The notes: a model not told the origin generated them from the sequence alone. Shown: positions 46,930 to 57,089, counted from the stretch's first letter. The stretch: 64,000 bases of DNA from Candidatus Binatus sp. (GCF_030646925.1 NZ_JAUSKL010000122.1:1365-65364); one strand, 5' to 3'. Translations and numbers: made by a program.

Positions 46930-47523
46930 TTAGCACGTCGAGTATCTTTGGTGAAGAGCGATCAAAGGAGCGTAGTCTTGCTCGTCCGCCGCTCTAATCG
47001 CGGACAAGTATTGCGTCCGAGCCGCAGTTTGATTCGAGATATCGTTCTCCAACCAATCGATCGGAGCCGAACCGGATCGCTTGATTAAAATGTTGGCTAG
47101 AAGGCGTGACCATCGCCCATTGCCATTGTTAAAGGGGTGAATAAGCACGGCACGATGATGGAGTCGGGCTGCCTGCTCGATTAGGGGATAGCTCTTGTGT
47201 TTGTGCCATTCGGTCAAATCATCGAAGAGATCTTTTAGACGCGAGTCAATCTCATGGGGCGGAGCACCGATATTCGTCTGGGTTATGCGTCGTTTACCTG
47301 CCCATGCCCATACATCCCCGAACATTTCGTGGTGGAGCCGGTAAGCCCACTCGCGCGTAAAGGGCGCCATCCTCTTCGATGGAGCAGTTGCCAGGTACTT
47401 CAGTGTGGCTTTGCTAATGTTCCGCGCTTCTGCGATGAAAAGCTGCTCGCGGGTTTGTATGTGCTCCGGAATCAGCCCGTCTGAGTCGAACGGCGTGGCG
47501 CCCGCGGGTTCGTCACGCATCAA
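46930..47523 (-). CDS. Fic/DOC family protein ('mobile mystery protein B' type)
   Basis: Fic motif HPFNNGNGRWSR. ATGA-type overlap with the upstream HTH gene. Confidence 0.85.
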   Translation of the reverse strand: MMRDEPAGATPFDSDGLIPEHIQTREQLFIAEARNISKATLKYLATAPSKRMAPFTREWAYRLHHEMFGDVWAWAGKRRITQTNIGAPPHEIDSRLKDLFDDLTEWHKHKSYPLIEQAARLHHRAVLIHPFNNGNGRWSRLLANILIKRSGSAPIDWLENDISNQTAARTQYLSAIRAADEQDYAPLIALHQRYSTC

Positions 47524-47921
47524 TTTGACCAGAGGCGTCTCCTCGACCCTGCTGCCAATTTGTCGGCGATCTCTTCCCTAATCTCTAGAAGAGCTTCTTT
47601 AGGAACCGCCTGTGCTTCCAGGGCAGACGTTCCCTGAACCATCGAAGCCAATCTTGTCGCTTTCTGCTCCGCTTGTTCTCTGCGAACCAGACGAGCCGAT
47701 ACGATCTCCCTCGGCATCGGAAACTCAACCCTGAGCGCATGGGCGATGGACAACACGGTGTTGAGAGTCGCATTCGGCTCATTGCCGGAGAGCACGCGTT
47801 GGACAGTTCGCATTCCCAAGCCGGAGCGCTGAGCGAGAATTTTCATGCTCATTCCGATTTCCTTGCGGCGACCGTCGAGATGTCTAAACAGAGCTAAAGA
47901 AAACTTGTTTTGATTTGCCAT
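47520..47921 (-). CDS. XRE-family HTH protein ('mobile mystery protein A' type)
   Basis: MSMKILAQRSGLGMRTVQRVLSG HTH. The start could be 47921, 47927 or 47936. Confidence 0.75.
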   Translation of the reverse strand: MANQNKFSLALFRHLDGRRKEIGMSMKILAQRSGLGMRTVQRVLSGNEPNATLNTVLSIAHALRVEFPMPREIVSARLVRREQAEQKATRLASMVQGTSALEAQAVPKEALLEIREEIADKLAAGSRRRLWSN

Positions 47922-47950
47922 GTTCATAATTACCACTCAACTCAATGGTT

Positions 47951-47980
47951 ATTTTATGCCAGATATAGCTAATATATCAA
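47951..47980 (-). promoter_or_regulatory. sigma-70-like promoter of the cassette operon
   Basis: On the minus strand: TTGATA (47980-47975), an 18-nt spacer, then TAAAAT (47956-47951), upstream of the HTH gene start. Confidence 0.4.
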
Positions 47981-47988
47981 GTGATAAT

Positions 47989-48004
47989 ACGCCAAATTTG
48001 GCGT
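47989..48004. promoter_or_regulatory. perfect 16-bp palindrome ACGCCAAATTTGGCGT at the cassette edge (operator or recombination-site candidate)
   Basis: Read directly. Lies 8 nt upstream of the -35 hexamer and 21 nt from the right repeat. Confidence 0.4.
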
Positions 48005-48025
48005 AGAAGCCGAGCCCGCGGCAAC

Positions 48026-48263
48026 AGGGCAATCACTGCGGGCTGAACGAAGCTTTTCGCGCGCGGAAATGAGAGCGCGCTTGCCGTCAGCGGGCGACCC
48101 AGGCGCCGTCGATCACCAGCGGATGCCCCGTCGCGAACGACGCCGCATCGGACAGCAGCCAGAGCACGCCCTCCGCGATTTCCTCCGGCTTGCCCATTCG
48201 GCCTACCGGCTCGCCCAGGGTGAGATCCTGTTCGCTGAATCCCTGTGTGTCGAGCAGCCGCTC
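48026..48263. repeat. 238-bp direct repeat, right copy (part of the intact SDR gene)
   Basis: See the left copy; constant offset of 2469 bp. Confidence 0.95.
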
Positions 48264-48848
48264 GACCATCGGCGTCCTGATTACGCCGGGGCATACGCAG
48301 TTAACGCGGATTTTTTTGGTGGCGAATTCCAGCGCCGCGGTGCGCGTGAGTTGAATGACGCCGCCCTTCGAGGCGTTGTAGGCGGGCAATCCTTCGAAGC
48401 CGACCAGCCCGGCGATCGACGCGGTATTGACGATACTACCGCCGCCCTGCTTGAGCATCTGCGGGATCTCGTACTTCATGCACAGCCAGACGCCTTTCAG
48501 GTTGATCGCGATAACTCGATCGAACACTTCCTCCGTGCAATCGACGGTGTTGGCGACTTTGCCTTCGATGCCGGCGTTGTTGAAGGCACAGTCGATACGG
48601 CCATAGCGCTTGATCGTCTCGGCGACCATCGCCTCGGCCTCTCGCGCGATCGAAACGTCAGCGCCGACGAAGCTGGCGTCACCGCCGGCCTCTTTGATCA
48701 TCCTGACGGTGCGCTCGCCGCCTTCGGGAATGTAGTCGGCGATCATGACCTTGGCTCCCTCACGCGCGAGCTTGAGCGCGGTAGCGCGGCCGATTCCCGA
48801 GCCGCCGCCGGTCACCAACGCGATTTTTCCCTGTAAGAGTCCAGCCAT
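48087..48848 (-). CDS. short-chain dehydrogenase/reductase
   Basis: TGGGSGIG Rossmann motif; YNASK catalytic motif. Confidence 0.85.
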   Translation of the reverse strand: MAGLLQGKIALVTGGGSGIGRATALKLAREGAKVMIADYIPEGGERTVRMIKEAGGDASFVGADVSIAREAEAMVAETIKRYGRIDCAFNNAGIEGKVANTVDCTEEVFDRVIAINLKGVWLCMKYEIPQMLKQGGGSIVNTASIAGLVGFEGLPAYNASKGGVIQLTRTAALEFATKKIRVNCVCPGVIRTPMVERLLDTQGFSEQDLTLGEPVGRMGKPEEIAEGVLWLLSDAASFATGHPLVIDGAWVAR

Positions 48849-48912
48849 GATCCGCACCTCCCGCGAAGTTTCGGCGCGCAGTTGGACGGGCGCGCGATTT
48901 ATTTCTGATTCG

Positions 48913-49794
48913 TCAAAGCGCTAACGCCGAGGCGGAGCCGACGATAGTTTTGGCGCCGTCGGACTTGTCGCACCATACTTCGACTTCGGCGCGCGTGCGC
49001 TTGCCTTCGGGATGCGTCTCGACGATGAGCCCCTTCGGGCCGGTCACGTCGTTGCCCCACACCACGTTGACGAGCCTAAGATCCATCTTTCCGCCGTAGA
49101 GAAAGCCCAGGCCGAAGCGCTGCGTCATCATCTCGGCGACCATGCATACCGAGAGCATCCCCTGCACGACGATTTCCGGAAAGCCGAGTTCGACCGCTTT
49201 CTGCTTGTCGTTGTGATAGTTGCGCGCCGGTCCGGAGAACGCCATGCACATCGCTTCGGTGATGCGGCGCATCGGCGATTCGATCGGTTGGCCGCCGCGC
49301 TCGCCGATCTTGAACGATCGCTTCGAATCTTTTTCGCGCGAGCGATCGACTACGAAGCCCTGCGTCGTCTGCTCGGGCAGGAGGAAACTCTGATGCGTGC
49401 GGCTCATCGAGACGATCTGGCCCGCGGCGTTGCTGACGATCACTTCGTTGACGACGTATTCGCGATCGCGCTTCAGGTAGCGATCGACGATCACCGCGCG
49501 AGTCGTGAGGCGCTCGCCGACGTTCGCCGGCGCGAAGAGTTGCCATTCCTGGCGCGTGTGCAGATTGCCGAAAATGTTTGGCAGGTACCAATCGAGATTG
49601 CGGTACACGGCGCTGTGCAGAATCAGCGCGGGCGCCAGCGCGCCGCCGACCGGTGATTCGCCGCGATACCATGAATTGTCGTCACCGGTGCCGGCGGTGT
49701 AAGCCGCGACTAGCTCAGGCGTGATGTCGTACGCGATACCGCCGTAGTCGCGGCCGACGAAAACTTCCTTGCGATCGAATATTTCAGCACTCAT
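48913..49794 (-). CDS. double hot-dog / MaoC-like (R)-hydratase family protein
   Basis: 293 aa. The C-terminal half resembles a MaoC dehydratase. Confidence 0.65.
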   Translation of the reverse strand: MSAEIFDRKEVFVGRDYGGIAYDITPELVAAYTAGTGDDNSWYRGESPVGGALAPALILHSAVYRNLDWYLPNIFGNLHTRQEWQLFAPANVGERLTTRAVIVDRYLKRDREYVVNEVIVSNAAGQIVSMSRTHQSFLLPEQTTQGFVVDRSREKDSKRSFKIGERGGQPIESPMRRITEAMCMAFSGPARNYHNDKQKAVELGFPEIVVQGMLSVCMVAEMMTQRFGLGFLYGGKMDLRLVNVVWGNDVTGPKGLIVETHPEGKRTRAEVEVWCDKSDGAKTIVGSASALAL

Positions 49795-49816
49795 TGGCGT
49801 TTTGCTCAGAGCAGGT

Positions 49817-50212
49817 TCAGTTCTTCTGTTTGGCTTTGATGCGATCGGTGAATTTGGCGGCGTCGATCACGGCTCTGCGATGAGTGCCCGCGCCGATTTG
49901 CTCGGTCTCGTCGAATGCGGTGACCTTGAATTCGAGGCGGTGGCCTTCGGCCTTGGTCAGTTCGGCTTCGGCGCGCACGCGATGACCGGGCGGCGTCGCC
50001 GCCGTGTGGCTCACCTCGATCGACATGCCGACCGAGCTTTCGCCGGCGTCGTAGTACGCGTTGATTGCGTCCATCGCGGCGAGTTCCATCATGCCGATCA
50101 TCGTCGGCGTGGACATCACGGATGCGAGCGATGAATCGAGTTCGCTCGCGAGGTCGGCCTTCGCGATCGTCTTCGAGAACGTGCCCTTGCTACCGATTGG
50201 AATTGGTTTCAT
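49817..50212 (-). CDS. hot-dog-fold thioesterase (FlK-like)
   Basis: Starts MKPIPIGSKG, an internal ATG of track ORF 49817..50326. TPTMIGMMELAA...VGMSIEVSHTAATP. Confidence 0.65.
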   Translation of the reverse strand: MKPIPIGSKGTFSKTIAKADLASELDSSLASVMSTPTMIGMMELAAMDAINAYYDAGESSVGMSIEVSHTAATPPGHRVRAEAELTKAEGHRLEFKVTAFDETEQIGAGTHRRAVIDAAKFTDRIKAKQKN

Positions 50213-50243
50213 TGCATCACTGTGAGCGCGGCATCGAATCGAT

Positions 50244-50858
50244 TCATCGATTGCGCCGCAGTCCCATCGCGTCGAGCTTCTTGACCACCCATTCGACCCT
50301 ATCGTTGCCCCAGAACGGCTCGCCATCGACGATGAAAGTCGGCACTCCGAACACGCCGTCGCGCTCGCCCTCGGCGAATGCGTCCTTCAAGTCGCGCTGA
50401 CCGTCCTGCCCCGCATAGCGATGGAACGCGGCAGCATCGAGGCCGACTTCGGTCATCACCGCGGCCAGCGCGGATTCATCTTCGATATTAAGTTCGCGTT
50501 TGAAAAAGCGCTCGAAGACCCGGTCCGAGTAAGCGCGGAAGAGGCCGTGCCGGTCGGCGAAGATGCCGGACATCAGCGAGAGCCGCGAATCGAAGATCTT
50601 CTGCGGACCGCGGATTATGATGCCGCGCTCATTGGCGAAACGGCGCGCGTCCAGATAGAGGTAGCGGACTTTGCGCCACGCGCGCTCCGGCCGCTCCTCG
50701 AGTTCCCCGCCGAACGCGCCGCGCACGTCCAGTTCGTGCGGGATGTATCGCAACTTCACGCGATGCGATTCTATCAGCGCATACGCGGGCGCCATCGCGA
50801 GATACGCGAACGGGCTTTTGTAGTCGTAATAGAGCTTGATCAGCAATTCGTCTGACAT
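50244..50858 (-). CDS. 2-hydroxychromene-2-carboxylate isomerase / DsbA-like
   Basis: YYDYKSPFAYLA ... GVFGVPTFIVDGEPFWGNDR. Confidence 0.85.
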   Translation of the reverse strand: MSDELLIKLYYDYKSPFAYLAMAPAYALIESHRVKLRYIPHELDVRGAFGGELEERPERAWRKVRYLYLDARRFANERGIIIRGPQKIFDSRLSLMSGIFADRHGLFRAYSDRVFERFFKRELNIEDESALAAVMTEVGLDAAAFHRYAGQDGQRDLKDAFAEGERDGVFGVPTFIVDGEPFWGNDRVEWVVKKLDAMGLRRNR

Positions 50859-50940
50859 GAGGACGGTTTACCATCATGCGAGGCGTCAGACCAAGCGCAT
50901 CGGGGTGCGAACGCCTCGAGCGTCGCGACGCGGCGCATCG

Positions 50941-51255
50941 TCACTGGGTGCCCGCGTTGCTCTTCAGATATTCGAGGATGGCCTCGCGATCGTCGGTGGA
51001 AAGCGGAGGCATCCCGGCGTTTTGAATCTTTGCTTCCATCATCAGTACTTGCGTGTCCCACATCGAGGCCGTGAGTTCATGCGGATTATACGGCACATGA
51101 CATTGGCCGCATCGCGCGACGTAAGTCTTCGCACTGGGGCTGTCCGCGTCGGGCAGCGGCGCGGGATGGCATGCGGTGCAGATCGCCATGATGAAAAACG
51201 CAGTGCGGCGCGAAAATCGCCGGAGAAAGTTTACGCAGCGGTCGAAGCTAACCAA
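50941..51255 (-). CDS. small c-type cytochrome, probably a lipoprotein
   Basis: CGQCH heme-binding motif with a hydrophobic N-terminus. The start is uncertain. Confidence 0.5.
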   Translation of the reverse strand: MVSFDRCVNFLRRFSRRTAFFIMAICTACHPAPLPDADSPSAKTYVARCGQCHVPYNPHELTASMWDTQVLMMEAKIQNAGMPPLSTDDREAILEYLKSNAGTQ

Positions 51256-51710
51256 TCTTTATTCCGGGGCATTCTATTCCGTCTGAAAAAAACTCGATCG
51301 TCGAGCTATCCGCGTCGATAGGCGCGGCGGTCCGCTCCTAAGACTACGGATGCCTCGCGATTGTCGCAATTCGGTTCGCGATAGTGGCCGGAGGATAGCA
51401 GGGCGACCGGAATTGGGCGCGGTGCGGCATTTGGGTGTCGTTTCGGAAATCACTGGTTCGACCGGAGTGTCTCATTGTTAGCAAGCGATCCGCGAATGCT
51501 GCTGCATGGCGTGTCAGATTGGAACAATCGCATCGATGCAGTGTCCGATGATCGACCTATCCAGCCATCGATTTGGAATCCAGTGCCTCGATCTGCACTC
51601 GATCGCGCAATAGAGTTCGGCATCGAAGTTGCTGCTGACCCTTCCAGTCGCAGATGCAACTTCTCCGTCAAAGGTGGGCGAGCAATCATGACGCAGCCCG
51701 GTCTGCGGTC

Positions 51711-52622
51711 ATGGGGATCGGGCTCGTCGTGATGCTTGCGTCGAATCAGCGCTCGTTCGCGTCCGAGTACGGCGTCAGCACCTATCGGACGGGGATCATG
51801 GACATGTTCGCGGGCTACCTGGCGCCGCCGGGCGCGACGATCCTGAAGAACTTCACGCTCTTCCAGGACGCGAGGGCCGACGCCACCACCGCCAACGGGC
51901 GCATCCAGGTCCACGCGCATACGGTGACCTACACCGACGCCCTGTTCGGCGCGCACGTCACGGGCTGGCGGATTCTCGGCTCGTATTGGGCATTTGGCGC
52001 GATCGTGCAGACCCGGCTGGCCGATCAAACGCTGCGCGCGGGACCGGCCGGCCATCAGCAGCGCCAGACCGACACCGTGTTCGGCTTGGGCGACCTGATC
52101 GTGTCGCCGTGGCTGCTAGGCTGGAGTTTTGGACGTTTCCACCTGATGCACTCCCTGATGCTGTATGCGCCGACCGGCAGTTACGAGCGCCATCGAATCA
52201 TCGACCTGGGTCTCAACCGATGGTCGGTTGAACCGGATGTCGGCATGACGTGGATGGACGAAGAGACGGGCCGGCAGGCGTCGGCGTTCATTGGCTACAC
52301 GATCAACAGCCCTAACACCTCGACGCACTATTGGAGCGGCGACGAGTTTCACGCCGACTTCCTGCTGGCGCAGCATCTGCCGCGCGGCATAACGCTAGGC
52401 ATGGCCGGTTATGCGCTGCAGCAGACCACGGCCGATACGGGGAGCGGCGCCGAATTCGGGCCGTTCAAGGGTCGCGTGATCGCGCTGGGGCCGCTCGGCG
52501 GCGTCACGGTCAAAATCTGGAACGTCGCGGTCCACATTTCTGTGAAGTACGACTTCGAGTTCGCCGCGCAAAATAGATTGAGCGGTAACGAGCTGTGGCT
52601 GACCGCGGCGTGTCCATTGTGA
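51711..52622 (+). CDS. outer-membrane beta-barrel channel ('MetA-pathway/phenol degradation-like' transporter family)
   Basis: Signal-like MGIGLVVMLASNQRSFA, alternating beta-strand pattern, terminal aromatic-rich strand. Confidence 0.65.
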   Translation: MGIGLVVMLASNQRSFASEYGVSTYRTGIMDMFAGYLAPPGATILKNFTLFQDARADATTANGRIQVHAHTVTYTDALFGAHVTGWRILGSYWAFGAIVQTRLADQTLRAGPAGHQQRQTDTVFGLGDLIVSPWLLGWSFGRFHLMHSLMLYAPTGSYERHRIIDLGLNRWSVEPDVGMTWMDEETGRQASAFIGYTINSPNTSTHYWSGDEFHADFLLAQHLPRGITLGMAGYALQQTTADTGSGAEFGPFKGRVIALGPLGGVTVKIWNVAVHISVKYDFEFAAQNRLSGNELWLTAACPL

Positions 52623-52672
52623 GCCGGTCTGGCGCGGGGATCGCGCTCGACCCGCAGCCGCCAGGGCCAGTT

Positions 52673-55474
52673 ATGACAACTGAGCAAGAGCATGAACTGT
52701 CGGTCCGAGTGCTGCCCGATCGGCCGGCCCAGCCGCGCGAAGCCGAAGGGTTCGAAGTCAGCCTCAATCTGGTGCCCGAGGCGGCGCTGCTCTACGGACC
52801 CGACGGTACGATCCTGAAGGTCAATCCAACCGCGCTAAAGCTTCTGGAAGCCGACGAAGACGAGTTGATCGGGACGAACATCTACTCGTTGGGATCGATG
52901 GAACCGGAAAAGATTCGGGATGTCGCGGCACATCTCGCGCGCGGCGCAACGATTCGCTTTGAATTGGACTTGCTTACGCTCAAAGGCAATTACCGGCGCC
53001 TCGATATTATCGACATGCCGGTGGTCACGGCCGAAGGCAGGGTCGAGAGCATAATCAGTTTCGCGCGGGACATCAGTGACCTGAAACAGATCGAGAGCGA
53101 GCGGGCGCTGATGGCCGCGATGTTTGAATCGAGCGGCGACGCGATCATGATCGTGTCGCTCGACGGGATGATCACCGCCTGGAACCACTACTCTGAGAAG
53201 CTGTTCGGCTATACGCAGGCCGAAGCAATCGGCCAACGTTTCCTGCTGATCGTCCCTCCCGACAAGCGCGAGCTTGCGGTAGCCATGGTTGGGGAGATCG
53301 AGGCCAATCGAGGCCGCGTCATCAACTTCGAGGGTCCGGCGCTGAAAAAGGATGGCGCCGTCATCGAGATCTCGATGACTCTGTTTGGTATTTACGATCG
53401 CGGCGGCAAGCTGCTGGGCGTTTCCTCAATCCTGCGCGACGTCACCGAACACAAACGCGCCGAGCGCGAGCAGGCGCTGCTCGCAGCGATCGTCGAATCC
53501 TCCGACGCCGCGATAATAAACCTTTCGTCGGAGGCGAAGATCATCACATGGAACCCGGCGGCGGAAAAAGCGTACGGCTACACGGCTGAGGAGGCGATCG
53601 GAAAGGGCGTCGATCTGATCGTGGCCCCCGACCAACTTGCTGAAGCGATGGCCACCACGCGGCGCGTGGCCGAGACCGGCGAGCCGTCCTGGTGGGAGCA
53701 GCACGCGCGCAAACGCGACGGCACTCCGTTCGTTTCGGCGGTAAATATTTTTCCGATCCGCGATTCGCAGGGCAAGGTTACCGGCGTCGCGGGCATCGCT
53801 CGCGATATCACGGCTATGAAGGAGACCGAGCGCCAACTGGTCGCGGCGCGGGAGGCGGCACTGGCTGCGTCGCGCGCCAAATCGGAATTCCTGTCCAGCA
53901 TGTCGCACGAGATTCGCACTCCGATGACCGCGATCCTGGGGATGGCCGAGCTGCTGGCCGAAGGAGAACTCAACGACGAGCAGCGCCGCTATATCGAGAT
54001 CCTGTGCAACAACGGGAATGCGCTGCTCGACCTGATCAACAGCATCCTCGATCTCGCCAAGATCGAGAGCGGGCGCCTGACGCTGGAGCACGTTGATTTC
54101 GACTTGCGCGACGTCATCGAAAAGTCGGCGCAGACGCTGGCGATCCGCGCACACGCGAAGCGGCTGGAGCTGATCGTGAGCATCGCGCCCGACGTCCCGA
54201 CTGCGCTGGTAGGCGATCCGCTGCGGCTACGACAGGTGTTGATCAATCTGATCGGCAACGCAATCAAGTTTACCGAGCGCGGCGAGGTGATGGTCTCAGT
54301 CGAGCGCGATTCCACGCCGTGGGATCTTTTGCGCTTGAAATTCAGCGTTCGCGACACCGGAATCGGAATCGCCAAAGACAAGCTTGCTTCCTTATTCGCC
54401 GCCTTCTCGCAGGCTGATTCCTCGACCGCGCGGAAGTACGGCGGCAGCGGCCTTGGACTGGCGATCGTCAAGCGCCTGGTCAGCCTGATGCAAGGCGAAG
54501 TTGCGTTACAGAGTGAAGTCGGCAAGGGCAGTATCTTGAGCTTCACGTCGCTCTTCGAGCACCAGTTCAACCCGCCGGCTGAGATTGAGTGGCCCGCCCT
54601 GGCGCAGATGCCGGTGCTGGTCGTCGATGACAATCAAACCGCGCGCGCGGTGCTGCGTGAGATGCTGAGCGGGTGGGGCGCAAGCGTCATCGAGGCCGCA
54701 TCGTATGCGGCTTGCCTGATCGAAATCAGGGAAGCCTGCGCCGCGAAACGGTCACCGCGCATCATCCTGCTTGACGACCGGATTCCTTCGCCGGACCCTC
54801 GCGAGCCGTCGCAGTTGATCGCGGCGGCATCGCAGTGCGGCGCGTCGATCATCGCGATGATTCGCTGCGACAATCTAGCCGCCGATATTTCGCGGCTGCG
54901 ATCGATGAAGCTCGAAAACTACCTGGTGAAGCCGGTCGAGCTGAGCGAACTTGCCAAAGCGATCGGCCGCGTGATGGCGAGCGGGAGCGAGCAAGCGCCG
55001 TGCAACACTTTGCAACTGCCGCATAAGCCTGCGGACGCCGGAAACGGCGCCGGTCCGCCACCGATCGTTGAGCGACCGCTCAAAATTCTGTTTGCCGACG
55101 ATTCGAGCGACAACCGGCTGCTGGTCCGCGCCTTCCTGAAGAAGACTTCCTATCGTCTCGACGAAGTCGAAAACGGCCGGCAAGCCATCAATGCGTTCAT
55201 CGGCGGCGGGTACGACTTGGTGCTGATGGACATCCAGATGCCGGAAGTCGATGGCTACGCGGCAACGCGAGCGATTCGCGACTGGGAGCGCGCGCACAAT
55301 CGCGCACCCACGCCAATAATCGCTCTGACCGCGTCAGTGTTCAGCGAAGCAGTCCGCCTGACGCGGATGGCGGGATGCGACGCGCACGTGAGCAAGCCGG
55401 TCAACAAGGCGACGCTGCTGCGGGCGATCTACGACGTGGTCAAACCCGACGCTCGGGGGGCGAGCGCGCAGTAG
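52673..55474 (+). CDS. PAS-PAS-PAS hybrid histidine kinase with two receiver domains
   Basis: H-box [28 protein letters not shown], and two REC domains. The C-terminal half is paralogous to 27061..28839. Confidence 0.85.
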   Translation: MTTEQEHELSVRVLPDRPAQPREAEGFEVSLNLVPEAALLYGPDGTILKVNPTALKLLEADEDELIGTNIYSLGSMEPEKIRDVAAHLARGATIRFELDLLTLKGNYRRLDIIDMPVVTAEGRVESIISFARDISDLKQIESERALMAAMFESSGDAIMIVSLDGMITAWNHYSEKLFGYTQAEAIGQRFLLIVPPDKRELAVAMVGEIEANRGRVINFEGPALKKDGAVIEISMTLFGIYDRGGKLLGVSSILRDVTEHKRAEREQALLAAIVESSDAAIINLSSEAKIITWNPAAEKAYGYTAEEAIGKGVDLIVAPDQLAEAMATTRRVAETGEPSWWEQHARKRDGTPFVSAVNIFPIRDSQGKVTGVAGIARDITAMKETERQLVAAREAALAASRAKSEFLSSMSHEIRTPMTAILGMAELLAEGELNDEQRRYIEILCNNGNALLDLINSILDLAKIESGRLTLEHVDFDLRDVIEKSAQTLAIRAHAKRLELIVSIAPDVPTALVGDPLRLRQVLINLIGNAIKFTERGEVMVSVERDSTPWDLLRLKFSVRDTGIGIAKDKLASLFAAFSQADSSTARKYGGSGLGLAIVKRLVSLMQGEVALQSEVGKGSILSFTSLFEHQFNPPAEIEWPALAQMPVLVVDDNQTARAVLREMLSGWGASVIEAASYAACLIEIREACAAKRSPRIILLDDRIPSPDPREPSQLIAAASQCGASIIAMIRCDNLAADISRLRSMKLENYLVKPVELSELAKAIGRVMASGSEQAPCNTLQLPHKPADAGNGAGPPPIVERPLKILFADDSSDNRLLVRAFLKKTSYRLDEVENGRQAINAFIGGGYDLVLMDIQMPEVDGYAATRAIRDWERAHNRAPTPIIALTASVFSEAVRLTRMAGCDAHVSKPVNKATLLRAIYDVVKPDARGASAQ

Positions 55475-55490
55475 CGACGTGCGGAACTTG

Positions 55491-55973
55491 CTAGCGCGCG
55501 AGAATCGCGCCGGGGAAGCGGGCGGCGATTTCATTGCGCAGCGATGCGATCAGCGCGCCTCGATCGTTTTCTTGCAGCTCGACCTTCTGTTCCGATTCGG
55601 CGCGCGTCCAGATCGGGCCGCGGCGCTGTTCATCGCTTTCGTCGCGGGGGAAAAGATGCCAATGGACGTGCGGCTCCGAATTGCCCAGGCATTCGTAGTT
55701 CATCTTCCACGGCTTGACGACCGCCGCGATCGCCTCGGCGACGAGACGAAGTTCATCGAAGAGGACGCGCGCATCCTCGACGGTCATCAAGTACAACTCG
55801 GTCGCGTGTATTTTCGATAGCAGCACGCAGTAGCCGCGATAGTACTGGCGATCGCCCAGAGTGACGTAGCATCCGGGCAGCTCTGCGACGAAATCGCGGA
55901 ACGCGCCGGCCTTGACGCGATCAATGATCGCGCAGATTCCGCACTGCTGAGCGGCAGCGTCGGTCGGCGTCAT
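55491..55973 (-). CDS. HIT-family hydrolase
   Basis: Histidine triad HVHWHLFPR. Start taken at the internal ATG (MTPTDAAAQQCGIC). ATGA overlap with the deaminase gene. Confidence 0.8.
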   Translation of the reverse strand: MTPTDAAAQQCGICAIIDRVKAGAFRDFVAELPGCYVTLGDRQYYRGYCVLLSKIHATELYLMTVEDARVLFDELRLVAEAIAAVVKPWKMNYECLGNSEPHVHWHLFPRDESDEQRRGPIWTRAESEQKVELQENDRGALIASLRNEIAARFPGAILAR

Positions 55974-56476
55974 TGATTTGCTCCTGCGGCCAGCTCCGGC
56001 ACCTGCACCAGCTCGATGTGCGATGGCTTCAACAATTCTGCGACGGTGTGCAGCTTGTATTCGCGGCCATAATAGACCCGCCGCACGCCAGTATTGATCA
56101 GCACCTTCAGGCAATGGATACAGGGCGTGTGCGTGACGTAGATATCGGCGTCGCGGATGGCGACGCCGTTGCGCGCGGCCTGCGAGATCGCGTTTATCTC
56201 GGCGTGGATGGTGCGATAGCAGTTCTGCTCGAGCTCGCCGTCGGGCGTGCGCGATTCGTAAATCAGGCATCCCACTTCGGTGCAATGCGGCAGGCCGGCG
56301 GGCGAGCCGTTGTAGCCGGTCGCGAGGATACTTCGATCGCGCACGATCACGGCGCCGACTTTCGCGCGCAGGCAGGTCGAACGCTCCGCGACCTCGCGCG
56401 TGATTGTCATGAAGTACTGATCCCAGCTTGGCCGCGGCGCGGCGCCGGCGGATGGTTTGATCGGGGAATCAGACAA
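55970..56476 (-). CDS. dCMP deaminase (ComEB-type)
   Basis: HAEINAI and PCIHCLKVL zinc motifs. Confidence 0.85.
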   Translation of the reverse strand: MSDSPIKPSAGAAPRPSWDQYFMTITREVAERSTCLRAKVGAVIVRDRSILATGYNGSPAGLPHCTEVGCLIYESRTPDGELEQNCYRTIHAEINAISQAARNGVAIRDADIYVTHTPCIHCLKVLINTGVRRVYYGREYKLHTVAELLKPSHIELVQVPELAAGANQ

Positions 56477-56591
56477 TTATGAAGTTCCTCGTCATCGCGT
56501 GGCTGAACTCAATTGACGCGATACGACTTTAGCATGAAAGCCGAGGCGTTCGAGGCTCGGCAATCGAGATGCGCCGCCGGCCTTTCCGATC

Positions 56592-57089
56592 TCACCAATA
56601 GTAATCGGGGCCGATGTAGCCGAAGCCGCCGTATGGATTGAACATCTCTTCCTGCTGGTCCATTTCCTCGATTTGGCCCGCTTCTGCTTCCTGCTGCGCG
56701 ACCCGATCTTCCTTCGCCTGGAATTGCTCGTTGAGCTTGATCTTCTCGTAGCGCTGATAGGCCTGCTCGCCGCCGACGTACATGCATTTGCAGTCGTACG
56801 GATCGGCCATCCAGTAGTGCATCTTGCCGTGGCGGCCGACGGTGTATTGGACTTGCAGGGGCAGCTCGCTGGCGAGTTTTTCCTGCTTTTCCTGGGTGTC
56901 GGCGGGTACCATCTGGAAGCCCGCGGCGGAGAGCATCTCGCCCATCGTCTGCGACTTCTGCTGCGGCGATGGCGGCGGAGGCTGCATCGAGCCACAAGCA
57001 GGGAGCAGTGAAAGCAGGGCGAGAAGTGCGAGCGTCGGGGGAATCGAGGTGCGGCGTTGGAGCATTTGATCCTTTCGATCAGGCGGCAT
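56592..57089 (-). CDS. lipoprotein of unknown function
   Basis: Lipobox LSLLPACGS; 165 aa. Confidence 0.5.
   Translation of the reverse strand: MPPDRKDQMLQRRTSIPPTLALLALLSLLPACGSMQPPPPSPQQKSQTMGEMLSAAGFQMVPADTQEKQEKLASELPLQVQYTVGRHGKMHYWMADPYDCKCMYVGGEQAYQRYEKIKLNEQFQAKEDRVAQQEAEAGQIEEMDQQEEMFNPYGGFGYIGPDYYW

Larger units (their letters stand above)
45795..48025. mobile_element. 2.2-kb three-gene cassette (XRE-HTH, Fic, zinc-ribbon chimera) inserted at the 3' end of the SDR gene
   Basis: Bracketed by the near-identical 238-bp repeats. AT-rich right end with its own promoter-like sequence. The HTH/Fic pair matches the 'mobile mystery protein A/B' families as I recall them. Confidence 0.7.

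Noticed and set aside
51256-51710. Long (about 450 bp) intergenic leader upstream of the outer-membrane channel gene, as a possible riboswitch or sRNA
   Set aside because: It contains some hairpins (for example gaagttgc...gcaacttc), but I recognise no known riboswitch core. I have no basis for a call without covariance-model searches.
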